A stretch of 64,000 nucleotides of DNA from NCBI GenBank assembly GCA_012295275.1, contig CM022672.1, positions 2,232,001-2,296,000 of the forward strand, in the 5' to 3' direction. Position numbers and translations under genes: made by a program. The stretch is from Chrysomallon squamiferum. Lineage: Eukaryota; Animalia; Mollusca. Under the pieces are notes generated by a model, which ran no database searches, was not told the DNA's origin, and saw nothing but the letters and a program-made list of their open reading frames with translations. This document shows, piece after piece, positions 40,833 to 55,057 of this stretch. How positions within the stretch are numbered: position 1 is the stretch's first letter; every line of letters begins with the position of its first letter.

Positions 40833-42120
40833 ACAGAGACCCCTACACAAACAAACATAGATACATACAGAAACGCACAAAAACTAATAATTTCGAGTAC
40901 AAACAAAGATACATACATAAATCTACCCTCACACAAAATGACACCCTCAATCTCTCTCAGAAACATGTTTTCATTCATTAAAAAATAAATATCTACACGC
41001 AATATACGCACACGTATACACAGTCTTTCTCTCATACACGCACATTCTCACACGCAAACACACATATAAAGAAACAGCCAAAATAAAAATAAAAAACAGC
41101 AACAACGCCTCTTCCCCCCCAAAAAAAAACCCCTAACAAATCTCAAAACAGCAAAGAAACAAAACTAAACAACGGCAACAACAACAGCAACACAAAAATA
41201 GCATTACATTGCGTCTCAGTTTTAACTGCTTTGTGTAGACAGACGATTATGTTGACAAGAAGCCATTGACAAAGAAATAATGTCCAACAGAAAGATGGAT
41301 ATATTTCGTAATAACTCCAGACATATAATGAATAAGAAAGACAATAGTTTGATCTGTCACAATGACAGCTGTTACGAAAACCTGGCATGACGACAGAAGT
41401 GAACATTCCACATGGACAAAGATTAATTGCTGGACAACGTATATAATTGGACTTAGTTGATTTCCCGGCGATGGCATTTTGTCCGTAAAGGAAAAAACCA
41501 ACAAAACCAGGTACGTGCTTCGTTTATGATATTTATATTTAGCATGTGTTTTATAACTTTCAGAATTTAATATCGGAATGTTTTATGTAGATTAATGTAT
41601 AAATATTTTACATATAATATATTATTAAGTTATATGTGATAAAAAACAAGACATTCTATCAGAACGTAATATCGATTTTAGCTCTGTAAAATAAAATGAA
41701 ATAATATAATATAATATAATATAACAAAATATAATATAGTATAATAGAAATAATATAATGTGTATAATGTAGTATAATAGAAATAATATAATGTGTATAA
41801 TGTAGTATAATATAAAAAAAACTAATTATTCTTAAATTTTTAGTTCAATTTACATCAAAATAATCTCATTCACCCACGACTAAGATTCACTGTTGTTATT
41901 TTTTGTAATTTTTCCTATCTGCTTTCATTCACCATTCACTGATGATACAGTTCAGAACGTATTTTAACTGATAAAATTACCCAGCGAAACCAGAGCTTTT
42001 TAGATCAATCACAGCATGAGTTTTCCTGTCTGTTAAAAACGGGTCACATATCTGAACAATTAAACTGACAGTGTAATGTCTAGTGTGTTGTAATTTCTTC
42101 CTTTCTTTTGTCAGTTCATC

Positions 42121-42353
42121 ATGTTACGAAATCTAGTGTTAGTTTTTGCCTGTTTCTGGACAATAAATGAAGCCGTCCACCTAGTCCAGCAGGCGGCACC
42201 GATGCCTCAGCCTAGCGGTATTCAGGTCTCTCCACATTTGTTGAGAAGTCTGCTAGATTTAGACGTCGCTACACACGCCATTATTGGCGCCCCAAGTCAA
42301 CAAAGACTTGCTTACTCCAGAGCAGCCGGTAATCTGTTTGTTTCTCAGTCGGC

Positions 42354-42396
<43 letters not shown>

Positions 42397-44372
42397 TCTA
42401 TGTATCTACCTATCTACCTATCTATCTACCTATCTATCTATCTGTCTTTATGGCCACCTGTCTGTCAGTCTATCTCTCTCTATATATTTACCTGCCTGGT
42501 TGCCAAGCTACTTGATCAATGTCAGTCTGCCTTTTGCTATATTTTAATTCTACTTATAATATCTTATGAGCCAATAATTTACTCAACTGAGTTTTGTAAA
42601 CCTTGTACATGACTGCAAAACCAAAAACACCAATGTTACTTCTATTCGCTCGTTAGCACCAGCGTCGTCTTTGACTCCGACCCAGCACATGCCGATGAAG
42701 ACTGCAGCTACACAAAATATTTCGCCTGCTTTATTAAGAAACTTGATGGATATCGACGGGTACGGAGCCGGCTCACTTAGTAGCTACGTTCAGTACGCAG
42801 TCCCACAAACCCAGCAGGCCGTTAACATAGCACCGAGCCCACAAGGTGAGCGTTTCTTTTGAAAACTTAAGTTCCATAACATTCATCGTTGTTGTTTTTT
42901 TTTTTTTTTTTTTCAGTTTGAATAACTGAAAATGTGTAATGATGACACCACTACCAGCTGTGTTGTTCATGTCGTTAGCTTGCTTTTACATTTCATTATA
43001 AATAACATTTAACACAGTATCTTATAGACTGAAACAAAAAAGTACCCATATATACGCAGTACAAATTACACATACATATACAATACATACAGAAAAGGTT
43101 ACAACTGTTAATTAACTTTTAAATGTATGCGTAAGTGTTCGTATTTTGATATGTATGTATGTGTGTGTGTGTGTGTATGGGTATGAATTATATGTGTATG
43201 CACATATATATATATATTTATGACTATGTGTGCGTCTGCTTGTGTGTGTGTGTATATATATTTGCGAGTTTGTGTGTGTATCTGAGTGTGTTTGTATATA
43301 TATGTATGTGTATGTGAAAGTGTGTAGAAATATCAGTGCATGCCAGTCACATGAAACAGTTTTAAAATTATTGCTGTGGCTAACTGAAACATTATTACAG
43401 TTTCTGTCATATTTTTCTCTTGTCACTTCCAGCAGTTCTTCCAGCAACACAACACATGCCGGTACAGTCCGCCGCACCGGTCAGCATTTCTTCAATGACA
43501 TTAAGAAACTTGCTGGACCTCGATGTTCAAAGGTCATATGGTGGCATGGCCAACCAAGGAGTTCTAGGGGGTCTTTCTGCTTACGATCCTCAGACTCTGG
43601 GTTATGGTAACTAAGTTAAAGCTTTAAAACAATTTCATAAATAAATACTCGGTTTTACTGTTGGAGTTAAATGTCGCGGGTTAGCTGAGGAAAAGCATTT
43701 AAGAAGGTTTGCAGTTGGATTCTGGATCATCTCACCTTTGTAGGCCTTTTAATTGTTCTAACTATCAGTGGAAAATCAAAATGAATGAAAACCCTTTTTT
43801 TGCCCCTGTCAGTTAGAGAATTAATATAAATTTTCATTTTTCTGTTATTTCCTAAGATAGTCACTTATATATTCTTAAAGGGTCATCGTTATAATTTAGA
43901 AGTCAGTTGTTTGATTTGAAATAATGTTCATAGTATATAATAGAGTTTGTTAAATTGTCTATATATAATTCATTCAGCATTCCGTTCATTCCTTTCTTCG
44001 TTCATTCATTCGTTATTTTTTATTCATTCATTCAACCAGTTCTTCGTTCATTTATTTGTCTTTCATTTTTTCACTCATTTATTCATTCATTCGTTCATAT
44101 GCTCATTATTCCATTCATTAATTTATTTTTGTTTCTTTCACTCACTCCTTCATTTGTATATTCATTATTTCGTTCATTAGTTACTTCATTAATTGATCTG
44201 GTGGGTTTTTTCCCCCATTCATTCTCCTACTCCTTCATACATTTGTATGTTCGTTCTTTCCAGCACTTTTACGTTATGTTTTATTATTTTGTTTTGTGTT
44301 TACTCAACAGCCAATCATTTCCCAAGTGGAGGACTAGTTCTGGATGGCGGTTACGACACCTACTACCTGTAG
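42121..44372 (+). CDS. Orphan secreted low-complexity protein with three exon-encoded repeats, 210 aa
   Basis: Exons 42121-42328, 42657-42845, 43433-43606, 44311-44372, all phase-1 GT-AG, 633 nt open. Signal peptide MLRNLVLVFACFWTINEA. Repeat cores SPHLLRSLLDLD, SPALLRNLMDID, SSMTLRNLLDLD. Ends GGYDTYYL*. A 5'UTR exon probably ends at 41510 (CAG|GTACG); AATAAA near 44488. Confidence 0.85.
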
Positions 44373-44374
44373 TG

Positions 44375-44439
44375 AGATGTAGTTACCAGATGTAGTTACC
44401 AGATGTAGTTACCAGATGTAGTTACCAGATGTAGTTACC
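44375..44439. repeat. 13-bp tandem repeat (AGATGTAGTTACC)x5 just after the stop codon
   Basis: Five exact copies. Confidence 0.95.
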
Positions 44440-46353
44440 ACAGACACACGATCCATGTTTTCCAGTGTACGGCTTACAATTCCGTGAAATAAAAAAAAAT
44501 TAAAAACAAATGAAAACGAAAATATACATTAGTTAATTATATGTTCTTGGTGTTAGAGTTTTAACATGATTTATTTTTTCATAATTTTTTAACGCAATTG
44601 TATTTTTGACAAAAATCGAACTACATATTTGGAATATATAATTGGTTTTATGTACAGATATCTCTAAGCCAGATAAAAATATCGTCTACATCGTTATAGT
44701 CTATATTTATCAATTACAAAAAAATTAATCAAAAGATAAAACAATAGTAATGAAATAAGTAAAACTAGAACTAATTACTTTGCCATCAACATGTTATGAA
44801 AAGGTTTTGAAATATCAAGATGCAAATATAATGTTTAAACAACAACTTGAAATGAATTAATTTTATAATGTTTGTTCATTTTGTACTGTGTGAGATGAAT
44901 GTGTGTATGCGTTTGAGTGTATACGTGTACGTCTGTGTTTGTCTATATTACACATATATTGATACTGGGACAAACTGCATTTGGAAAACTAAAATGTCTT
45001 GGCAAATGCAGAGACCACAGCCAACAAGAGGAACAGTTTAACATTAACTTAGTCTGATATATGACAAAACAATTCCATATCCTCAGCTGCTATCACATTT
45101 CTGAATTATTATCTATTCAAGAAAAATACACCAAAGAAAAGATGGAAAAAACAAATATCAGTCTTTACGAGTTCTCACGAGTTCTCACGCTATTTCATGG
45201 TGCAAATAAATAATTACATTTTCTGTCTATTACGAACTTTTCAGAAAACCAGCCACCTCGATAGAGTAAAGTTCAAAATACAAAAAGAGATTGAAACAAA
45301 TCTTTCTGCATTGTTTTTTTATGCATATGTAATCTAAACGTATCCATATTAAAATGTTATAGGCGTAGCATTCTGTAGTTAAGTTACGGTAACTTCGCAT
45401 GTCATGCTAGGTACGTTTACACTACTAAATTTGTTCTAGACTGAACTCAAGATAAAACGACAAATGATCCAGCGACACAAACTGCAATGATTATGTTCTC
45501 GTTATCGTGAGTAACCATCTGTTACCTGTTTGCTATCACAGTTTTCCGATATACCCCTTCTTAGATGTCCAGTTTGTCCATGACACAGTTACCAGTGGTT
45601 TAGTTTCGATTACTGGCAGACAAACACAGCGGTTCAATAGCTAGCAAGATGTTCGAGATTCCAGAAAGATCTTGCAAAAACCAACATCGAAAGATGATAT
45701 GCTTATAATGAAGTATGAGCTATGTAACAAACGAAGTTTTTCAATTTTACAGGTCATTTGCCTATATATATACATTCTCCGTTGATGGTTTGGAAGTAAT
45801 AGTTAAACAAAACTGAAATAGTTCAAGAAAGGCTGTTTACGTAGACATATATATGGATGTGCATGCGTGCGTATGTAATATTCAAGTCATCTTTCTTTCA
45901 GACCATGATATAAAATATTTCCAACACGAAGATTAAAACTACATTCATAATTTTCAGAATAGAAATAAAATTTTGACAATATCAGTATCCTAGTTATTTT
46001 ATTTCATAATATTAACCAGTATAATAATATATGTTAATGTGCAAAACAGTGTTTACGTGATGCGGTTGTAAATGATTTTTAATACTTTAGCGGTGGTATT
46101 TTTGTGTAAATGAAGCAGTAACTATCATATTCACGTTCCATAAATATGAAAAAAAATGCCACGAGTCTTGAGATATTAATTATTGGACACATACACACAC
46201 AGACACACTCACAGACACACACACACTCACACACACAAACACACACATATTCTTATAAACATACGTACAGTCACGTAGATATATTATATACATACATACA
46301 TATAACAGATACAGAAACACATCTAAACACACACACACACACAGAGACACATA

Positions 46354-46477
<124 letters not shown>

Positions 46478-46692
46478 CGTTATTGATGACATAATTCACA
46501 AACTACAAACGGTAATATCCGATGTTCTGTTTGAAGATTCAAAACCACCCTGAAGCCGTAATATTTCCAGCTTAAGCGATTTCACAAATAAAGTCGATTA
46601 ATATATAACAAGGCACTAAAGATAGAAGATTCCAGATGCGAAACGCCGATATAACGATAGTCTCGAAGGCAAATATCACTAACCATGTCCAG

Positions 46693-46698
46693 TATAAA
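46693..46698 (+). promoter_or_regulatory. TATA box of peroxidase 1
   Basis: TATAAA about 40 nt upstream of the AACATGG start at 46734. Confidence 0.5.
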
Positions 46699-46733
46699 TG
46701 CTTTAAGTCGACTGACCAGTAGTTTTGATCAAC

Positions 46734-47922
46734 ATGGCGAGCCTTTGGATACATTTTAGTGTAGGACTTCTTGTTGTATTGATTATATTTGAAGAATCCA
46801 AAGTTGAAAGCCGTCGGCGTTCTTCGAGAGGTAAATACTGAGAAAAAAGTGGTTTTAAAATCTTCAAATATTATAGGAATGAATTTTATTAGCCTTAATT
46901 ATACTTTATTATTTAACTTAAAAACCAAAAATCTCTGATATTAACAAATGGTATTTTCAATCTAGAAAAGTGAATTGTATTAGTCTTTAATACATTAACA
47001 TTTATACTTTATTATTTAACGGAAAGAAAAATAATAATTATTCTCTGATACATACTTAGAGAGAGAGGGAATAAATTATTAAAGTTTTATCATAAATTAA
47101 TTCTTCACAGGTCGCTGGCACAAACGCCTTTTTCCAAAATTCTTGAGACCTATATTCCCTACAGTTAACAGGTAATACACTTTTGTTACTTGGATATGAT
47201 TTCGAGCATGTCGATTTTTAATTTTTGATTTGATTTTTTTTTTTTTTTTGTTGTTGTAGATAGTTGCTTGCATAAGTTACAGAAAAGAACATTTTATACA
47301 TATACATATATATATATTATATAAACACACACACACACACACATATATATATAAAGTAACTAATAAGTATCGGTATATATATATTAAGTTTTCTTTAGAT
47401 GTGTTTGCATAAGCACCACTACTTTGAACTGCTAAATGACCAAACTGTATAATTAAGGTAAAAACATCATGTGTACAAAACTCTGCCCGTTCTGTTGGAA
47501 CGCAGTTATTTTATTCATTACTGATTCAGATATCTAATAATATACTTTTTTGTATATTGTAATTAATAACAAAACATTTATATTTATTATCTCTGTTTTC
47601 TTTCCACAGTGGTTTTGAAACATCACGTTTCAGAAAATTTCTGTCCGAACGCAGATGCAAGAAACCGGAAACCACGTGCGATTTTTACTCACCTTACAGA
47701 ACGATTGACGGTACTTGCAACAACAAAGAAAATCCCAGGTGGGGTTCAGCAGGACAGCCCTTTCCTCGTCTTCTAAAAGCACGATACGATAAAGGTTCGG
47801 AACAAGTTATAAACTTTAATACTGTTGATTTAAAACACACTGACGTTTTACTGGTTGCAGTTAGTAATATTTTGTCAATGAAGACCATGATTAGACAATC
47901 GGTTTTGAGTAAATCAGAAATA

Positions 47923-48015
<93 letters not shown>

Positions 48016-48419
48016 ATAACGCATTAATTATTAAATATTTACATTTGCATTAACGACGTAAAATAGTATTTTTTTTTTTTTTTTTTTACAGTAACAGCAC
48101 GCTTTTCTACGCCTCGTATTCGTGGTCGCTATGGTGACGTTCTGCCAAGTGTCCGCAAAATTAGCCAGGAAATTCACACGTCTGACGTCGGCAGAGGCCA
48201 TCTGGACAACTTCAGCGACATGCACTGGGCATGGGGACAGTTTTTGGACCACGACATCACGAGGACACCAATTAACAAAGAAGGTTGATAAAAAATTAAC
48301 ACTGAACATCACTGGCAGCACTGTTAAATGCTCATTTTAGATAAAAGAAAAAGGATTTTTTATAACTAAATAGAATAGCACGATAATAACATTTTAGTAA
48401 CTTTTTTGACAAATACAAA

Positions 48420-48503
<84 letters not shown>

Positions 48504-50646
48504 GTTATAAACACTCTAAAGCATGGACAAACATGGAAATATTTATAACGTATTTTTCTTGTTCTTCAGTCGAAAACTGCTGTGAAAATTTTGATTCAAC
48601 GAAAGAGTATGACGAAAAAATGTAAGTTAAACCACTATATATTATCTTCTCATCTTCTCCTCTTCTGCTTCTTCTTTTTCGTCACCGTCATCTTCATCAT
48701 CTTCATCATCATCACCTTCTACTTCTTTTTCATCTTATAATTATTTCATGTGTTGCATCAAAGATGGTAACGATAACTATAATTCAAAGACTTAATATTT
48801 CACTTTAGGGATCCATGCTTTCCGATACATATAACTGAAGATGACAGATACTTCCAAAATACTTCGTGCATGTCGTTTAGACGTTCTCAGATTGCGTCAA
48901 AAGAAGCAACTTGTCCCGACGGTGAGTTCATTTAATATAGTTTTATTCGAGTTGGTTAGAATACCCGTCAGCATTTTATATTGCCGTCGATGATTATATA
49001 TAAATATATATACAAACGCTAAGATCTATTTCACTTTGTTTTGTGGGCTTTAAATTCTGAAATCTTTGATCTTTCCTTGGTTATCACTTTTCCAAGGATA
49101 ATCCGAAGAATCAGTACCGAATTAACCACAAAACTGTTCTCGAATTAATTTTATAAATATCTGGTAACGATGCAGTGCATGACATAAAATAAATGATTTA
49201 ATCTCGTTTTTCTTTTTTTTACATTAATTTTGTTTTAAACTGATGTTATTAACATTACCATCATCATCGTCAACATTCTTCTTCTTATTATTAATTAATT
49301 GATTTATTTAGAAATTGTACTGTTAGGTGCGAGCTGGCGTCACAAGGTTACAAGAAATAATGAAATGTAATCTCCGTTCTCCTTGATTCACTGCCAAGTC
49401 TTTGCAGTGTTATCTGTCTATTATTAGCAGAGGTTGATCTCCAATAGCAAAAATAACAACAACATCTAAGCAATAATATATATATATATATATATTCGTT
49501 TACTTCACAGTATCAGCACAACAGATGAATGCAGTTACTACGTATATCGATGCATCTCATGTTTATGGTGACGAGGACAAACTAGCGGAACTAAGGACAT
49601 TTTCAATGGGTAGGTACAGATATTTTTTGTCCCTTGCTGTGTTCTGCTCCTTGTTTATACGCTGCTGACTTCGGATCGCGTTCTACGAGAGCTTTTACCT
49701 AATTCGGTGTACATAATACTAAAGTGACATTTCTTTTTCATAACTAGCCCTCTGGGACAATGACGTTACTACTACACTGAGCAGAGATCTAGAAATATTG
49801 AATTACTTCCACAAGATAGCGGAACTTACCGTGATCAGAATATTAACATTTTCTCATTAATCTTTTAAAATACATAAAATGAACGATTATGCTGCTCAGT
49901 TTGAAGTAATCTGTCTCTTTGTATGATTATTGAGATCAAAATAAAAAAGATAATATCGATATTAACCAAAACAGTAAGAGATTATTAACAATGGTAGTTA
50001 CAGAAAAGACAGTTAAAGACTAATGACGTCTGATATGAACTCAGTTTTAAAATAGACGAATAAAGAGACAACAACGTGTTTTATTATACGTTTACAGGTC
50101 AGCTGAAAACTACAGAAAACAACATGCTGCCCACGCAAGGCAACAGCACCTGTCAGGAGCTAAGAGAAGTGAACGTTGACAATACAACCGACTTCTTCTG
50201 CTTCAGCTCGGGTACATTTCATGCTCATAATGTTACAGGAGATTAATATATGCTTGTGTTACATTCATTTATATGTAGAAACAAAGTTATAAATAGAAAA
50301 TAATGGGCATTTCGGGTGCTTAACGACATCACTAGATGACAGATAAAAATAATAGTAATTCTATAACCTTTTGAAAGTCACGTGTAGATAATGTTCAAAT
50401 GAAGCTCGCTTTTATTCTTTTGTAACAAAAGACGTTTCGTAACTATTTTTTTCATAAGACAACCTTTGAAATGTGAGTCACTGGATCGTTGCGTAGGTAA
50501 TTTTCAAACGGCCCGTTGAACAACCAAAATCGCATGTTACACAAATTGCATATAAGGCACGCCTTTATTACAGGGCATGGACTTGCCTTCTTTTGTAGAA
50601 ACAGAAACACGATAACTAGACCTTTATTTTTTATTTGATTTGATTT

Positions 50647-50709
<63 letters not shown>

Positions 50710-51741
50710 TGATAATGTTTTTATTTTATCTAGGCGACCCCAGAGTAAACACTCACCCAGGTTTGTCAGGTCTCCACGTCGTCTTTCACCGACTTCACAA
50801 CGTCGTGGCCGCGGAGCTGAGTGTGATCAATCCTCACTGGTACGACGATACACTGTTTGAAGAATCGAGAAAAATCATGGGAGCCATCATGCAAGTAGTA
50901 ACGTACAGAGAATTTCTGCCAGGACTCCTCGGAACCGACACCATCGACACACACGGACTCCAGCATTCCGGGTATTACGTCTACGATTCCAAACGGGACG
51001 CCTCCCTGATGAACGAATTTGCTACGGCAGCGTTCAGGTATGGCCACTCGCAGATTTCAGGGACGAACATCGTTGGAGATTTGAAGATTCCGGTGGACAA
51101 GATGCTGAACCGTCCGTTTCTGCTCCAGAAGAACAACGGGGAAGGTCTGAAGCTTGTCCTTCGCGGGATGATAACCAACCCCATGCAGAAAGTAGACAGG
51201 TTCCTCCCTTCTGGATTAACAGATCGACTGTTTGAAATCTTCGATAAAAAGTTTACAGGTAGCTACGATTCAATTAAGAAAAAGTAGTTTTTTTTGTTTT
51301 GTTTTTTTTTGTTATCTCGATGGAGGTACTGGTTGCACAATGAATAGTTTTAGCAATTATTAACATTTGTTGTAGATGTTGCAGAATGGTAGAACAGGGA
51401 AAGACGGCCACAGTAACGTGGGGCAAGACGCCTGATCCTTTTGCCTTTTGTTGTAGCTTGTAATTAATAATAATAGCTGTAGTAGTAGTAGTAGTAGTAA
51501 CAATACTATCTCTGCAGTAACAGCACCAGTAATAGTAATGGAAGTAGTGATGCGGTTAGAAGTAGTGTACTGGTAATGGCTTTAGTATTAACAGTAATAC
51601 TTATTGCAGCAGAGGCAACAAAAAGTAATAGCAATAGTATTAATTACAATTTTTTTTATAATGACTGAATGTAATCACAGTATTAGAAAATCATAAAAAC
51701 GACAACAACAACAACAATAATAATAATAATAATAGTAAAAA

Positions 51742-51776
<35 letters not shown>

Positions 51777-53844
51777 TTAATATAAGTAGTGGTAGTAGCA
51801 ATAGTAACAGAAACAACAACATTAATAATAACAATAATAATGATAGTAGTAGTAGTAGTAATACTATTTTTGACATTGGCAGGCAAAGATCTTGTTTCTC
51901 TAAACATTCAGCGTGGACGTGACCACGGGATCGCACCATACAACGACTACAGAGAATACTGCGGTCGTCGACGTATACGTCAACCTCGAAAAAAAGTCAG
52001 CAAACGATATACGCTGGGAAAATTACTTGCTGTATACAGGTAGGCAGTGTTTGTAGCATTCAGCATTTCATCGAAAAAAAAAAGTACTTTCTCTCTACAT
52101 TAACAGACAGCGAACATTTATTTTCGCTAAAGATCAGAGCCATTTTGTAAAGCTAATTAATCTATAAATGAATGTAAATTTAAATTTTAGTATATTTTAA
52201 TAATAACGGGTTTTAGGTGTTGAATACAATTTGTAAATAATGGCGATATGAAAGGTGGAATCTATTCCATAACTCTACGGAATGAAAATAAGAGTATCTG
52301 TAAGAAAGACAAGAACGCGTATGCCTTTTACGAGTTCTTGAAAAGCGAAACACTGGCTTCAGTGAAATATCATTCTAATTTTATTATCTGCAAAAGAGCT
52401 ATCATTAAACAAATATTCATTCTTCCTTCCATTCATCCATCCTTCCGTCCTTTCATTTACACATTCATTCATTCATTTTCACTTTGTTTTGCAGGCACGT
52501 TGATGACATTGATCTGTACACAGGAGGTTTGTCAGAAAGACGTCTGAAAGGATCCTTCGTAGGTCCTACCTTCAACTGCATAATAGCCAAGGCGTTTGAG
52601 TGTCTCAAATACTGTGACAGATTTTGGTATGAAAACACCGACAGTGATATTGCCTTCACGCCAGGTATTTATACATTATATGTTAGTGTATGGATAGTAT
52701 TGTTATAAATGTACAATACTAATCCCATTAAACTTCAACCTTTTTTTTTTCTTTTCCTCCCACACAACGTTGGTCAGTCTTTAAATTTGAACACTAAAGG
52801 GTAAAGGAATTCCTATATTAGCAGTTAGTTTCAAATGGCTCATAACTCGTTTGTAAAAGTCAGCAGTATGTAGTGTGTATATATACTCTTTCATTAAAAC
52901 ATATTGCTCTTACTCCGGTGTGTGTGAGTGCGCGTGTGTGTGTGTGTTAAAAGAACGCAGTTAAAAATTATGTAGATGTTTTTATTAGGACTATTAATTA
53001 AAAATTTGTGATTTCTTCTTCTTATTTTTTCCCCAAACTTTATTCACAGAACAAATTCACGAGTTATCGAAAATGACGCTATCCAGTGCAATGTGCCAAA
53101 CTTTAGATATAACAGAAATACAGAAGTATGCGATGAAAACAGTTTCCGACACGTAAGTTCTTACACTGATCTGTTGTTTGTAATGTATAATCTGGTTATT
53201 TTATTATCTGTAGGTTATAAGGTGCCTTTTATATATATATATATACACACACACACATATATTATATTCTATACATACAAAAACACAAAAACCACACACA
53301 CACACGCACATATATAGAATAAATACAATAAACAAAACAAATAGTACCATCTCCCCAATTTTTTTTTTTTAAATGTTATTACTAATAATAGAAGAATAAA
53401 CAACAACATCGGTATCAACAGCAACAACAAAGGACCAAGAAAACAGCCAAAAACAAGAACAGCAAGAACAGCAACACCAACTATAAAACAGTCAGTAATG
53501 AATCTCATGAAAACACGAAATATAAAAGAAGAAGAATACATCAGCAAATAAAATAATATAAAACAAACAACTCCACAGAAGAAAATCCATTGTGCTTAAA
53601 TGATCACTATTACCACCTCTGTCACTACAGTACCACCTCTATCACTATTACCACCTCTGTCACTACAGTACCACCAACAACAAACACAAAACAATATTAA
53701 AATAACAATAATAATATGTTTGCAATTAAGGACACACAATCTTTTACATCTGGTGCGTTTTGTGTATTTTTCAGAAATCCTACGTTACCCTGCATGGAAT
53801 TATCCACAATAGATCTTAGCAAATGGATGACCACGTCTAAATAG
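46734..53844 (+). CDS. Secreted animal heme peroxidase (chorion peroxidase/peroxinectin-like) copy 1, ~645 aa, 13 exons
   Basis: Exons 46734-46830 (signal), 47111-47171, 47610-47794 ([12 protein letters not shown]), 48092-48283 (WGQFLDHDI), 48570-48621, 48809-48921 (PCFPI..CMSFRRS), 49511-49609 ([11 protein letters not shown]), 50098-50211, 50734-51258 ([15 protein letters not shown]), 51883-52039 (NIQRGRDHG), 52495-52664 (DRFWYE), 53050-53152, 53775-53844. 1938 nt, frame intact. Confidence 0.93.
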
Positions 53845-53988
53845 GAGAAGCAACACATTATATTTATAAATAGTAATTGTGTTGGGTTTTTTAACTTTTG
53901 TTATAAATAAATGAAGGCATATTTTAATCAGTGTGTGTATTCATTTTGTTACAACAACAACGACAACTACTACTACTACTACAACCAC

Positions 53989-54021
<33 letters not shown>

Positions 54022-54108
54022 GAAACTTTTTAAAAATAATTGCAGAATTAATGAAACTAGAAAAACCATTTAAGATTTCACAGTGTACTTTTAATAAAAC
54101 AATCAAAA

Positions 54109-54193
<85 letters not shown>

Positions 54194-54613
54194 AAGTTTA
54201 AACAAATAAATAAAATTAATTGTATTGAATTTATGTCACGCTTTAAAAAAAAAAATGCATATCTTGTTTGGAGCGTATTATTATAAACATATAAAAACTT
54301 TTATGTAAAAGAAACCCTTACGTTTTGACAGATTTAATATTCATAACAACAGTAATATTTATTACGTTGCTCAGAAGCTTTAATATTTCTAACAACTGTC
54401 TGTCGACATTATTTAGCTTATTATAGATATTGATCTCTTACATTCTGTATTTGTCATTGTTTATCCTCTGAGGCAAAAAGGTCACGCCGGTGCTCAAAGG
54501 CAAAACGGGTACTAATCTTTACAAAACAAAGTCGTTCTCAAACCCTTAATCAAGCAATCAAAAATCAAGTAATCAGGCATCCTATAAATCCAGACGAGGT
54601 GGTTCTGGTTCAA

Positions 54614-55057
54614 TGCGACGGACGCGCCCGCTGACCTGTCAGAAAGCGTGCCCGTCGCAGACGTGCTTCACAACAGCTCGCTCTGATTAGCACGTTAATT
54701 TTTTTCCATTCCATTCCATTCTGGTTCACTGAACACAAACTTTAGACTCTCGAAGACAACAAACAAACAGGACGCAACCAACACGGACCCGGTGATGAAT
54801 ACGAGACATTTAACGAGCTAGACAAGTGCTGGAAACAACAAGGAGCGGAAAACATCAACGAAACATCGCAACCGACTCGTTACAATCCAATATGCTGGAC
54901 ACTCCCTTGTGTCCTGCAATCGTAACGAGAACCCACTCTCTTTCCTTACCCAAAACTCTTTTCTGCGACAGACACGCCTGGTGATTTGTCAGAAAGCGTG
55001 CCCGTCGTAGACGTACTTCACAACAGCACGCTCTGATTAGCTCGTTAATTTTTTTCA
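54614..55057. repeat. GC-rich direct repeat pair (~93 bp, 350 bp apart) between the peroxidase genes
   Basis: 54614-54706 and 54964-55056 share TGCGAC..TGTCAGAAAGCGTGCCCGTCG.AGACGT.CTTCACAACAGC.CGCTCTGATTAGC.CGTTAATTTTTTT. Confidence 0.85.

Noticed and set aside
40329-41035. ERERE/SLSLS ORFs (also at ~0.7, 46.3, 48.4, 54.1, 60.9 and 63.6 kb)
   Set aside because: Translations of (CT)n/(AG)n microsatellites.
43947-44300. Phe/His/Ser-rich ORFs
   Set aside because: Degenerate (ATTC)n intron sequence.
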